From Paraspadella gotoi (Eukaryota > Animalia > Chaetognatha), in assembly GCA_051294375.1 (NCBI GenBank), contig CM119270.1:1289572-1298469 (forward strand): a stretch of 8,898 nucleotides of DNA, in the 5' to 3' direction. A program made the position numbers and the translations under genes. Below the pieces are notes generated by a model, which saw nothing but the letters and a program-made list of their open reading frames with translations, made no database searches and had not been told where the DNA came from. Each line of letters starts with the position of its first letter. Position 1 is the stretch's first letter. Below, piece by piece: positions 1 through 7,870 of this stretch.

Positions 1-591
1 CCGCCAATTTCGGCGTCTGTTTTTATCACAGGGCGTCGCTTTTGATAAATTCTCTCACATCTGACAATCTGTGACTTTTGTGATATTTTTTCTCATTAAA
101 GACGAAGTTGATGCGAAATTGTTTTTAATCAGACGAGGGACCAGCGAGGGTTTGAGTGAGGTTAAAGGGTGAGGTGAAAACTTAAAAGATTTGAACTTAC
201 TTTAATCTTCTTGATAGTTCATACTAATTAGCAGGAAAGTTGGGAAAATTAGTACAAAACATTGACAATTAGGATATCAATCATAGATAAAGAAGAAAAC
301 CACTCGCACAGTTGATAAACTTGACTGAAACTTTCAGTGAAAGACAATCATAATCGATAAATTAAATTATTACCTTGTAAGAGCTTGTCAAATGTCAAAT
401 GTAAGGAGGCAATACACGAATTTCAAATTTTAGTGAATTGAAAAGATCAAATAATGTGACTAAATTATTTGTTATATCAACTTCGGATTGGTTGGGGGGG
501 GAATGTGTGAAAGAATTAATGATGGCCTTCGATGACTCGCTCTCCATCTGACCAATAATCTCCCTCTCTCTCTATCTCCCTCCATCCACAG
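1..591 (+). other. foxA: 3' part of a foxA intron
   Basis: AT-rich, non-coding, and ends in a canonical acceptor immediately before the KRFKC codons; the rest of the forkhead domain is absent from this stretch. Confidence 0.88.
548..591 (+). promoter_or_regulatory. 3' splice site: branch point, polypyrimidine tract and CAG acceptor
   Basis: CTGAC at 548-552, pyrimidine tract tctccctctctctctatctccctcc (559-583), CAG at 589-591 followed by AAA CGG TTC AAG TGT (phase 0). Confidence 0.9.
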
Positions 592-1689
592 AAACGGTTC
601 AAGTGTCAAAAGAAACAGGCCCTCCGCGAGAGTCAGAAATTGTCCGGCGATCTGACGAAGAGCGAATGTTCGGACGAATGCGACGCGGACGATTTGGACG
701 GACATCCGGACGGACACGCCCATCCACTGGGTCATGGCCACGCCCACCACGCCCGGATGTCACGCGGCGACAGCGACGGCGAAGGCGTGGCGTCGCCGCC
801 GTCGCCGCACGGAGATCCTCTCGGCGTTGGCGGCGCTCTTCCTCCTGGCGCTGGACTCCCAGCCGGCGCGCTCAAGCTCGAACCCGGCGCCATTTCCGCC
901 GCTCCGCCGCCTCCGCCGCCGCCTGGCGGTCTAGAAGGCGGCGGACTGGGCCACGCCTGTCGGACGCCCAACTGCTGTCCTCCAGCAGCCGCAGCGCAGC
1001 CAGATTATTCGCCTTCGCAGCAGCCGCTTCATCATCCGGGCAGCAGCACGACTCCCGTCGCTGCTCCGCCCAACGGGACGGTGACGCCGCCCGGCAGCAC
1101 CGGCAGCCTCTCCGGCGGCGCGTTGGCGTCGCTGTCGACGCTGCCGCAAACGCCGACCTCACAGCATCAACAACATCATCAACAACAACAACAACAGCAA
1201 CAACAACATCAACAACAAACTCATATGTCTTCCTCCACCGATTTATCGATGCACATGCAAGCGCTGCATCGAGGCGGCGGCGGCATCGGTGGCGGCATCT
1301 CCCACGGCATCGGCGGCATCTCCCACCACCATCATCACCACCACCCTCAAGATCACCACCTCCATCCCGGCATGCTGCATCTGTCGTCTCATTCTGGAGC
1401 AGGTGCAATGCATCCGCATTTCAAAGGCCCCGCAGGCTTCAATCATCCCTTCAGCATCAACAGCCTCATCGCCGGCGATTCCAAGATGGACCTCAAGATG
1501 TACGACGGGATGCAGCACGTCGTCGGCGGCGTCGCCGGCGGAGTCGGCGGCGTCGGCTATCCCAGCTACAATTCCCTGACGCCGTTGTCGGCCGGGTCCA
1601 ACAGTCCGCCGGTCGCCGGAATCTCGGCAGCCGATTCTTATTATCAGGCAGCGATGTCGTACGGATCGGCGGCCACGAGCGCGTTGTAG
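592..1689 (+). CDS. foxA: Terminal coding exon (365 codons + TAG) of a FoxA / fork head / HNF3 winged-helix transcription factor; partial, upstream exons lie outside the window
   Basis: Extending the 640..1689 ORF upstream in frame gives KRFKCQKKQALRESQKLSGD from 592, matching the FoxA forkhead end (CYLRRQ-KRFKC). It also has FNHPFSINSLI (1438-1470), KMDLKMYD (1483-1506), YNSLTPL, DSYYQ (1633-1647) and terminal TSAL, in the order known for insect Fkh and vertebrate FoxA tails. High GC3 contrasts with AT-rich flanks. An in-frame TAA at 556-558 shows the frame does not continue upstream. Confidence 0.95.
   Translation, partial: KRFKCQKKQALRESQKLSGDLTKSECSDECDADDLDGHPDGHAHPLGHGHAHHARMSRGDSDGEGVASPPSPHGDPLGVGGALPPGAGLPAGALKLEPGAISAAPPPPPPPGGLEGGGLGHACRTPNCCPPAAAAQPDYSPSQQPLHHPGSSTTPVAAPPNGTVTPPGSTGSLSGGALASLSTLPQTPTSQHQQHHQQQQQQQQQHQQQTHMSSSTDLSMHMQALHRGGGGIGGGISHGIGGISHHHHHHHPQDHHLHPGMLHLSSHSGAGAMHPHFKGPAGFNHPFSINSLIAGDSKMDLKMYDGMQHVVGGVAGGVGGVGYPSYNSLTPLSAGSNSPPVAGISAADSYYQAAMSYGSAATSAL
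1162..1218 (+). repeat. Coding (CAA/CAT) trinucleotide repeat encoding a Q/H tract
   Basis: 19 codons (13 CAA, 2 CAG, 4 CAT) giving QHQQHHQQQQQQQQQHQQQ. Confidence 0.95.
1438..1470 (+). other. eh1-like Groucho/TLE-binding motif (FoxA conserved region II)
   Basis: FNHPFSINSLI fits the FSIxxL eh1 pattern and the FoxA HPFSI motif. Confidence 0.9.
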
Positions 1690-1708
1690 CCTGACCTGAC
1701 CCCGAACA

Positions 1709-1775
1709 CTCGAGACCCTCAAGACCCTCTTCTGTACCCAAGCTGACTCCTCGAGACCCCTTGAGACCCTTTTCT
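1709..1775 (+). repeat. Short imperfect direct duplication in the proximal 3' UTR
   Basis: CTCGAGACCCTCAAGACCCTCTTCT (1709-1733) versus CTCGAGACCCCTTGAGACCCTTTTCT (1750-1775); four AGACCC copies in total. Confidence 0.8.
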
Positions 1776-1845
1776 TATCCCTTGGGAACATGTTGTGACC
1801 ATTTTAATTGCTAGATCTTCCAAAGAAAATTACTTTTTTACTTTG

Positions 1846-1851
1846 AATAAA
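1846..1851 (+). terminator. Candidate proximal polyadenylation signal
   Basis: First AATAAA after the stop, followed by pyrimidine-rich sequence. Further AATAAA hexamers at 2484-2489 and 3278-3283 mean the true 3' end is undetermined. Confidence 0.35.
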
Positions 1852-2042
1852 ACATGAGCTCTTCCAAACTTTCTCTTTCCCCTATTTTACTTACCTTCCC
1901 TACCACAAATTTCTTTCCCCCTCCACATCCCTTCCACAGCCCCCTTCAACCCCCTCGGGCGACCTCAAACCTTTGGTTTATTATCTCATTTAAAAAAAAA
2001 CCATAGTCGATTTTAAAAAAAAATGTCTTGAGATTATTGATA

Positions 2043-2082
2043 GATTGATTGATTGATTGAATTTATATATATATATATATAT
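2043..2082. repeat. (GATT)4 and (TA)n microsatellites
   Basis: gattgattgattgatt followed by a tatatata run. Confidence 0.9.
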
Positions 2083-3329
2083 CGTTACATACTTTGTTTT
2101 TAATTACGTTTCGTTTTCGTTTTTGATTTTTTCTGTTTAATTTTTTTTTTAATTTAGACTTAGTTTTTTTTACTTCGTCTTTCTCTCTTTCACTTTCTGT
2201 TTTTTTCTTTCTTGGTTTCTGTCTTTTTTTCTATTTTTAGTTTGTTGTTTTCTTTTTTGGTACAAAAATATTTTTTTCTTTCAACGAGAGAAAAAAAAAA
2301 GATCTGGTCTCGGATAAAAATTCAAGTTAAGTAATAATTATAAATATAAAAAAGTCACAATTTAACAAAATCCCATAGAGCCTCTCCAAAAAAAGTTTTC
2401 TGATTATTTTTTTCAATTTTTATTCAGTTTAATTATTGAGAATTAATTTTACCATAATATTGTTTTTTTTCGTTTGAAACTAAAATAAACAATGAATATT
2501 CAAGTCCAAACAGATTAGATTTGACTGAAATTATTTACCTCGAATCTCTTGTGTCACAAACCAAAGATTTTTTTACTTTCTGCATTTGATAAAAAAAATT
2601 AAAACATGTGTCTATTTTACCAAAAAAACGTTTTGGCTCAATTTAAGTCATATATTTTGTTTTATTATTCGTGCGATTTTATAATTCTTTTTTTTTAAAC
2701 CCATTTTCCGATGTCTGTAGTAAATGTAGTTGTTTCCTTTGTTTAGACTCAAACTGTTAGAATTATAAAGTATTTAAAAAAAAATCAAGTCTAAACAATT
2801 TAAACTAAGTAATTCTTGAATTTTCTTTCAAAAAATATATTTTTTTAAAACTTGACACCCCTATTACATAACGTCTCTTTTTAAAAAACATTCATTACCT
2901 TTTGCGTGTTTTACTCTTGTAGTAGTAGCAAGGTTCGGATCATATAGCTACCAACCTAACTACTACTTTAAAGCGCCGATGAAAAGCGTCTCTTATTATT
3001 GATTAACTAATTAAGTATCGAAGTTGTAAAATCTTTTTTTTTTTTTTTTTGAATTTCAAAATCGGTTGGGTTGGAAATTCTGACCGAATTAAAAAAACCG
3101 AACCAGTCAAAACTCAAAACAAATATTCTTTTAGATTAGAACAAAAAAACAAAAACCAAAAACATGTTGATGCATTAAAAAGTCATAAAAATATCAAATT
3201 CTTTGTTTTCTTTATTATTAAATATAAAATAATCAACCAGATAAACAGAAGCCAGAAAAGAACTAACGCTGTTCTTGAATAAAACAAGGGCTTTCAGAGA
3301 ACAGACTCTGAAAAATTATTCAAGGATAT

Positions 3330-3332
<3 letters not shown>

Positions 3333-3371
<39 letters not shown>
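3333..3371. repeat. (CT)19 microsatellite
   Basis: Perfect CT run. Confidence 0.97.
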
Positions 3372-3375
<4 letters not shown>

Positions 3376-3668
3376 TAACCTAAATTTGTTAATCCAGGGT
3401 AAGCTTGAGAATCACAGAACCTAACAGAATAAAAAATAAAAGAAAAAAATTATCAAAAGGAGAATTGTGACTCGTTTTTTTTATGGGGGTTCAGAAAAAA
3501 AACAACAAAACAATGAGACATTCTTAATTTGAAATGGCAAAAGAATGAATGTGAAATGGTAGAGATTAAATATGATATGGAAAATTAATAAATATAAAAC
3601 GGAAAATCTTCAAAAAACTGGCAAACGAGAAAACGACGACAAAACTCTTGCGAGAAATGTGTTTTCAG

Positions 3669-3750
3669 ATGGCAAGGGCGTCAGTTGAACGATGGCAGAA
3701 ACGATGGCAAAGCGACAAAGAAGGATGCCATTTTTTTTAGTGATGGCATC
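3669..3750. promoter_or_regulatory. Cluster of ATGGC/GCCAT motifs (Pho/YY1-type cores), candidate cis-regulatory element
   Basis: ATGGC at 3669, 3692, 3704 and 3743, GCCATTTT at 3727, plus another ATGGC at 3534. Function is inferred. Confidence 0.4.
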
Positions 3751-3790
3751 GATTTGACTTCGGTTTCGGTTTCGCGTCATTGAGTTCCAC

Positions 3791-3872
3791 TCGTCGTCGT
3801 CGTCGTCGTCGTCGTTATCTTCCCTCTTTACCTCCTCCTTTTCCTCCTCCTCCTCCTTCTCCTCCTCCTCCT
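3791..3872. repeat. (TCG)8 followed by an imperfect (CCT)n tract
   Basis: tcg x8 at 3791-3814; cct/tcc repeats at about 3831-3872. Confidence 0.93.
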
Positions 3873-4206
3873 CATCCTTCTGTTGTTAAAGAGAATCGAT
3901 CTGGCTGTTGGCTGCAGGAGTCCATCTAAGGGGAGGTTAATTTATAAACGAGAAAAAGTTTAAAGTGATATTTAATAAAGGATGTGTATTAGTAATAGTA
4001 GGAACGTAATAATGAATTAAATAAAGTTTAACTTATGTAAACGAATTTTGATTGTAATCTCTCTTTGAAAATAACTTTTAAAATATTTTAAAAAATGATT
4101 AAATAATAAATTATAAATAAGAATTAAACCAATGGTCCCCTTAAGCAGTCACTCCTTTTCAGCCAAAACGAATTTAAAGTCGAACGGAGTTTTTTTTATT
4201 GACTGA

Positions 4207-4248
4207 GAAAGATAGAAAGAAAGATAGAAAGAAAGAAAAATAGAGGGA

Positions 4249-4324
<76 letters not shown>

Positions 4325-4325
4325 A
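4207..4325. repeat. (GAAA)n tetranucleotide microsatellite
   Basis: Perfect GAAA run from about 4247, with degenerate copies upstream. Confidence 0.95.
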
Positions 4326-4385
4326 GGAAGCAACAAGAACATTTAAATCGCTACTTTTATTTAAAAAAAAAGATTATTTAATTGA

Positions 4386-4400
4386 AAGAGAGAGAGAAAG

Positions 4401-4438
<38 letters not shown>

Positions 4439-4531
4439 GAGAACGAGCGAAAGTTCGCTTTCCAAACTTTCAAAAAAATTCTCCCTCCCTCTCTCTCTCT
4501 CTCTCTCAGATCTCTGCTCTCTCTCTCTCTC
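4386..4531. repeat. (GA)n tract and (CT)n tract in inverted arrangement
   Basis: GA repeats at about 4386-4442 and CT repeats at about 4480-4531. Confidence 0.9.
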
Positions 4532-4580
4532 TTGTAATAAATCTCTTAACAAAGTTAAGCCTCGAATTTTCCTCATCGCC

Positions 4581-4642
4581 GCTTCGAGCTGCTTCGAGCT
4601 CCGAGCTCAATCTTTCGGTCGTCCGTCGTCGTCGTCGTCGTC
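4581..4642. repeat. Tandem GCTTCGAGCT x2 plus a partial third copy, and (GTC)6
   Basis: gcttcgagct gcttcgagct ccgagct at 4581-4607; gtc x6 at 4625-4642. Confidence 0.9.
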
Positions 4643-4713
4643 GGCTTAAACTGAACCGCTGCTGCCCCCTTTATGTCTGTCGGGGTTCAGCTATCAAACT
4701 CTGAACGCGATGA

Positions 4714-4756
<43 letters not shown>

Positions 4757-4837
4757 TGCTCACTCAGCTGAATGATTGTTCCCTTTTTTATTCCGAGTTC
4801 CCGCCGCGAATATTTTGAATATAGAAATAGATATTAG

Positions 4838-4876
<39 letters not shown>
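4714..4876. repeat. (CT)n tract and (AG)n tract flanking an ~85-bp unique spacer
   Basis: CT run at 4714-4756 and AG run at 4841-4876. Confidence 0.92.
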
Positions 4877-4883
<7 letters not shown>

Positions 4884-5529
4884 AATGTTTTTATTGTAAA
4901 TAAATGGATTGAAGTTAAAGAAACTCTTTATTAGATCTTTCTTGAGATAAATTAAATAAGTTTGTTAAATTCATTTATAGTTTGTTCTTCCTAGTTTTTG
5001 TTTATGATATTTCATAAACAACTGTTTAACTTTTTAATAGCAAAAATAAAATAAAAATAAAAATAAAAATAATATATAATTTGAATGGTTTAAATCATAA
5101 AAAATGTTAAAAAATTTGCATGTAAGAGTAGAAGAAATATTAAACGAACTTTTCGATTAAAATCAGAATATTAAAAAAAAGAAAGAAATGAAAAAAAAGA
5201 AAAAAAGATGGATTTTCTTAGGAAAACATTTATTTTTCTCAAGCGTTTTTTTTCTTTTTATTTTAATTGTTTCCATATCAAAGAAAAAAAGCGAAAAGAA
5301 AAATATAGAAAGAAAAAAAAAGAAAGAAAAAAAAGAAAGAAAGAAAAAAAAGGATAAAAATTGAGAGGCGAGAATTTGATCCGCGAGTCTCACTTTTCCA
5401 GCCTCGAAATCCGCGGGAAAAAAGGTGAGAAGCAAACCTAAGACTTACTTTTCACTTCGGCCTTACCCAAATCTCTCACTCTCTTCTTTTGGTTTTTCTT
5501 TCTTTTGAATCTTTCTTCTCTTTGCTACT

Positions 5530-5554
5530 TATCTTTCTTTCTTTTATTTTTTTA

Positions 5555-5633
<79 letters not shown>

Positions 5634-5674
5634 TATTTCTTTCTTTCTTTCTTTCTTTATTTCTTTATTTCTTT
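5530..5674. repeat. (TTTC)n tetranucleotide microsatellite
   Basis: Long tttc run with a few ttta variants. Confidence 0.95.
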
Positions 5675-5787
5675 AGTCTCCCTTTGATACTTTTTTTCAG
5701 CTAAAGAAAAAAAATGGTTGAAGAAAAAGGTGGGGAAATTTTCGCCCTTACCTGAAGAATGGAGACTTTTTCGAGAATTCTCTCTCT

Positions 5788-6158
5788 NNNNNNNNNNNNN
5801 NNNNNNNNNNNNNNNNNNNNNNNNNNNNNNNNNNNNNNNNNNNNNNNNNNNNNNNNNNNNNNNNNNNNNNNNNNNNNNNNNNNNNNNNNNNNNNNNNNNN
5901 NNNNNNNNNNNNNNNNNNNNNNNNNNNNNNNNNNNNNNNNNNNNNNNNNNNNNNNNNNNNNNNNNNNNNNNNNNNNNNNNNNNNNNNNNNNNNNNNNNNN
6001 NNNNNNNNNNNNNNNNNNNNNNNNNNNNNNNNNNNNNNNNNNNNNNNNNNNNNNNNNNNNNNNNNNNNNNNNNNNNNNNNNNNNNNNNNNNNNNNNNNNN
6101 NNNNNNNNNNNNNNNNNNNNNNNNNNNNNNNNNNNNNNNNNNNNNNNNNNNNNNNNNN
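5788..6158. other. Assembly gap bounded by (CT)n and (AG)n
   Basis: Run of N. Confidence 0.99.
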
Positions 6159-6191
<33 letters not shown>

Positions 6192-6521
6192 TGAGTCGAA
6201 CGTGAGAGAGGTGGAATAAAGACAAGGATATTTCTGTCGATTCTATGGACGAGCAATTTGGACGAGTGAGTCTTTCTTATTTCTTTTTCGTAATTTTTTG
6301 TTAGAGACAAATAATGTCTATAAACTTTGTTATTTGTATTCTTTATTCATAAACTGTCACAGCTCGAAACGTAAGTATGCCTGGAGATATTACGCAAATA
6401 TGCATATATTGTTAATTATATAACAAAATCGAGATTTACTTGATGAAAATTTAAAAAAATGAATGTCATGTTTCGATTAATCGTTGCGTGAAATTACAAT
6501 TACTGAACATTACATTAACGA

Positions 6522-6545
6522 AACAACAACAACAACAACAACAAC
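6522..6545. repeat. (AAC)8 microsatellite
   Basis: Perfect aac x8. Confidence 0.95.
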
Positions 6546-7026
6546 TTCTCTCAAAATCTAAATCTAATCTTTTGATTTTTCCAGATTTATCAAATCTTTG
6601 CCGTCGAGTGTCGCTTCCGCCTTCGACTTTCGCCAGCATAATTTCGTCGCTTGACGTTTAAATCGAAAATAAACAAACAATGAGACAAGGGACTTTGCTT
6701 TTTTTGTGACGACCGATTGGATGACGTTCAACAAAGCATTAAAGAGTCATAAGCAAGGTTATGACGTTAAAATAAAGCTGAAATTTATGTTTAAAATCGT
6801 AGTTAAAGGTAAAAATTCTAATTAATGAAAGTAGTAATAAATCAGAAGTAAAACGTTTTAAGTTAAAAGTTAAAAATACAAGATAGGAAAAATTAAAGTT
6901 GAAATTTAAAAAAAAAATATACATTTTAAACTAAAAAAATAGTTTTAAAAAAGTGAAAGGCGTTGGCGACCTGAATACTTAAATATAAAAAAAAAGTTTT
7001 TTTTTTCCGAAATTTTTATCTCGACA

Positions 7027-7625
7027 NNNNNNNNNNNNNNNNNNNNNNNNNNNNNNNNNNNNNNNNNNNNNNNNNNNNNNNNNNNNNNNNNNNNNNNNNN
7101 NNNNNNNNNNNNNNNNNNNNNNNNNNNNNNNNNNNNNNNNNNNNNNNNNNNNNNNNNNNNNNNNNNNNNNNNNNNNNNNNNNNNNNNNNNNNNNNNNNNN
7201 NNNNNNNNNNNNNNNNNNNNNNNNNNNNNNNNNNNNNNNNNNNNNNNNNNNNNNNNNNNNNNNNNNNNNNNNNNNNNNNNNNNNNNNNNNNNNNNNNNNN
7301 NNNNNNNNNNNNNNNNNNNNNNNNNNNNNNNNNNNNNNNNNNNNNNNNNNNNNNNNNNNNNNNNNNNNNNNNNNNNNNNNNNNNNNNNNNNNNNNNNNNN
7401 NNNNNNNNNNNNNNNNNNNNNNNNNNNNNNNNNNNNNNNNNNNNNNNNNNNNNNNNNNNNNNNNNNNNNNNNNNNNNNNNNNNNNNNNNNNNNNNNNNNN
7501 NNNNNNNNNNNNNNNNNNNNNNNNNNNNNNNNNNNNNNNNNNNNNNNNNNNNNNNNNNNNNNNNNNNNNNNNNNNNNNNNNNNNNNNNNNNNNNNNNNNN
7601 NNNNNNNNNNNNNNNNNNNNNNNNN
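7027..7625. other. Assembly gap adjoining the minisatellite
   Basis: Run of N. Confidence 0.99.
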
Positions 7626-7870
7626 AAGGGGATAAAATGGAAGTTAAAAAGGGGATAAAATGGAAGTTAAAAGGGAAAAAATGGAAGGTCAAAAAGGAAA
7701 TAAAATGGAAGGTAAAAGGGGGATAAAATTGAATGTAAAATGGGGATAAAATGGAAGTTAAAAAGGGGATGAAATGGAAGCTCAAAAGGGGATAAAATGG
7801 AAGGTAAAAAAGTATGAAATGGAAGGTAAAAAGGGGATAAAATGGAAGTTCAAAGGGCGATGAAATTGGG
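7626..7870. repeat. Minisatellite, ~23-bp unit, about 10-11 visible copies, truncated by the gap
   Basis: Consensus GGGGATAAAATGGAAG(T/G)TAAAAA repeated head to tail with substitutions and 1-2 nt indels. Confidence 0.95.

Noticed and set aside
640-642. TTG as the start of the 349-aa ORF
   Set aside because: The frame continues upstream to the splice acceptor at 591, so this is an internal Leu codon.
603-1694. 363-aa Arg/Ser-rich ORF overlapping the whole foxA exon in another + frame
   Set aside because: Shadow frame. High GC3 suppresses stops in this frame, it starts at GTG in a eukaryote, and it has no recognisable motif, whereas the main frame has FoxA motifs.
472-1791. Several minus-strand and short plus-strand ORFs over the exon
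   Set aside because: Antisense or alternate-frame by-products of GC-rich coding sequence.
2536-2541. TACCTC let-7 6-mer seed match in the possible 3' UTR (C. elegans pha-4 is a let-7 target)
   Set aside because: A single 6-mer is expected by chance, and the UTR extent is unknown.
4798-5420. E2F-like sites TTCCCGCC (4798) and GCGGGAAA (5413)
   Set aside because: Isolated matches with no supporting promoter context.
5277-5688. TCF/LEF-like sites ATCAAAG (5277) and CCTTTGAT (5681)
   Set aside because: Biologically plausible for foxA, but only two dispersed matches within low-complexity DNA.
3049-6924. Short ORFs rich in K/N/F/L/S/E/R
   Set aside because: Translations of microsatellites, homopolymer runs or N gaps.
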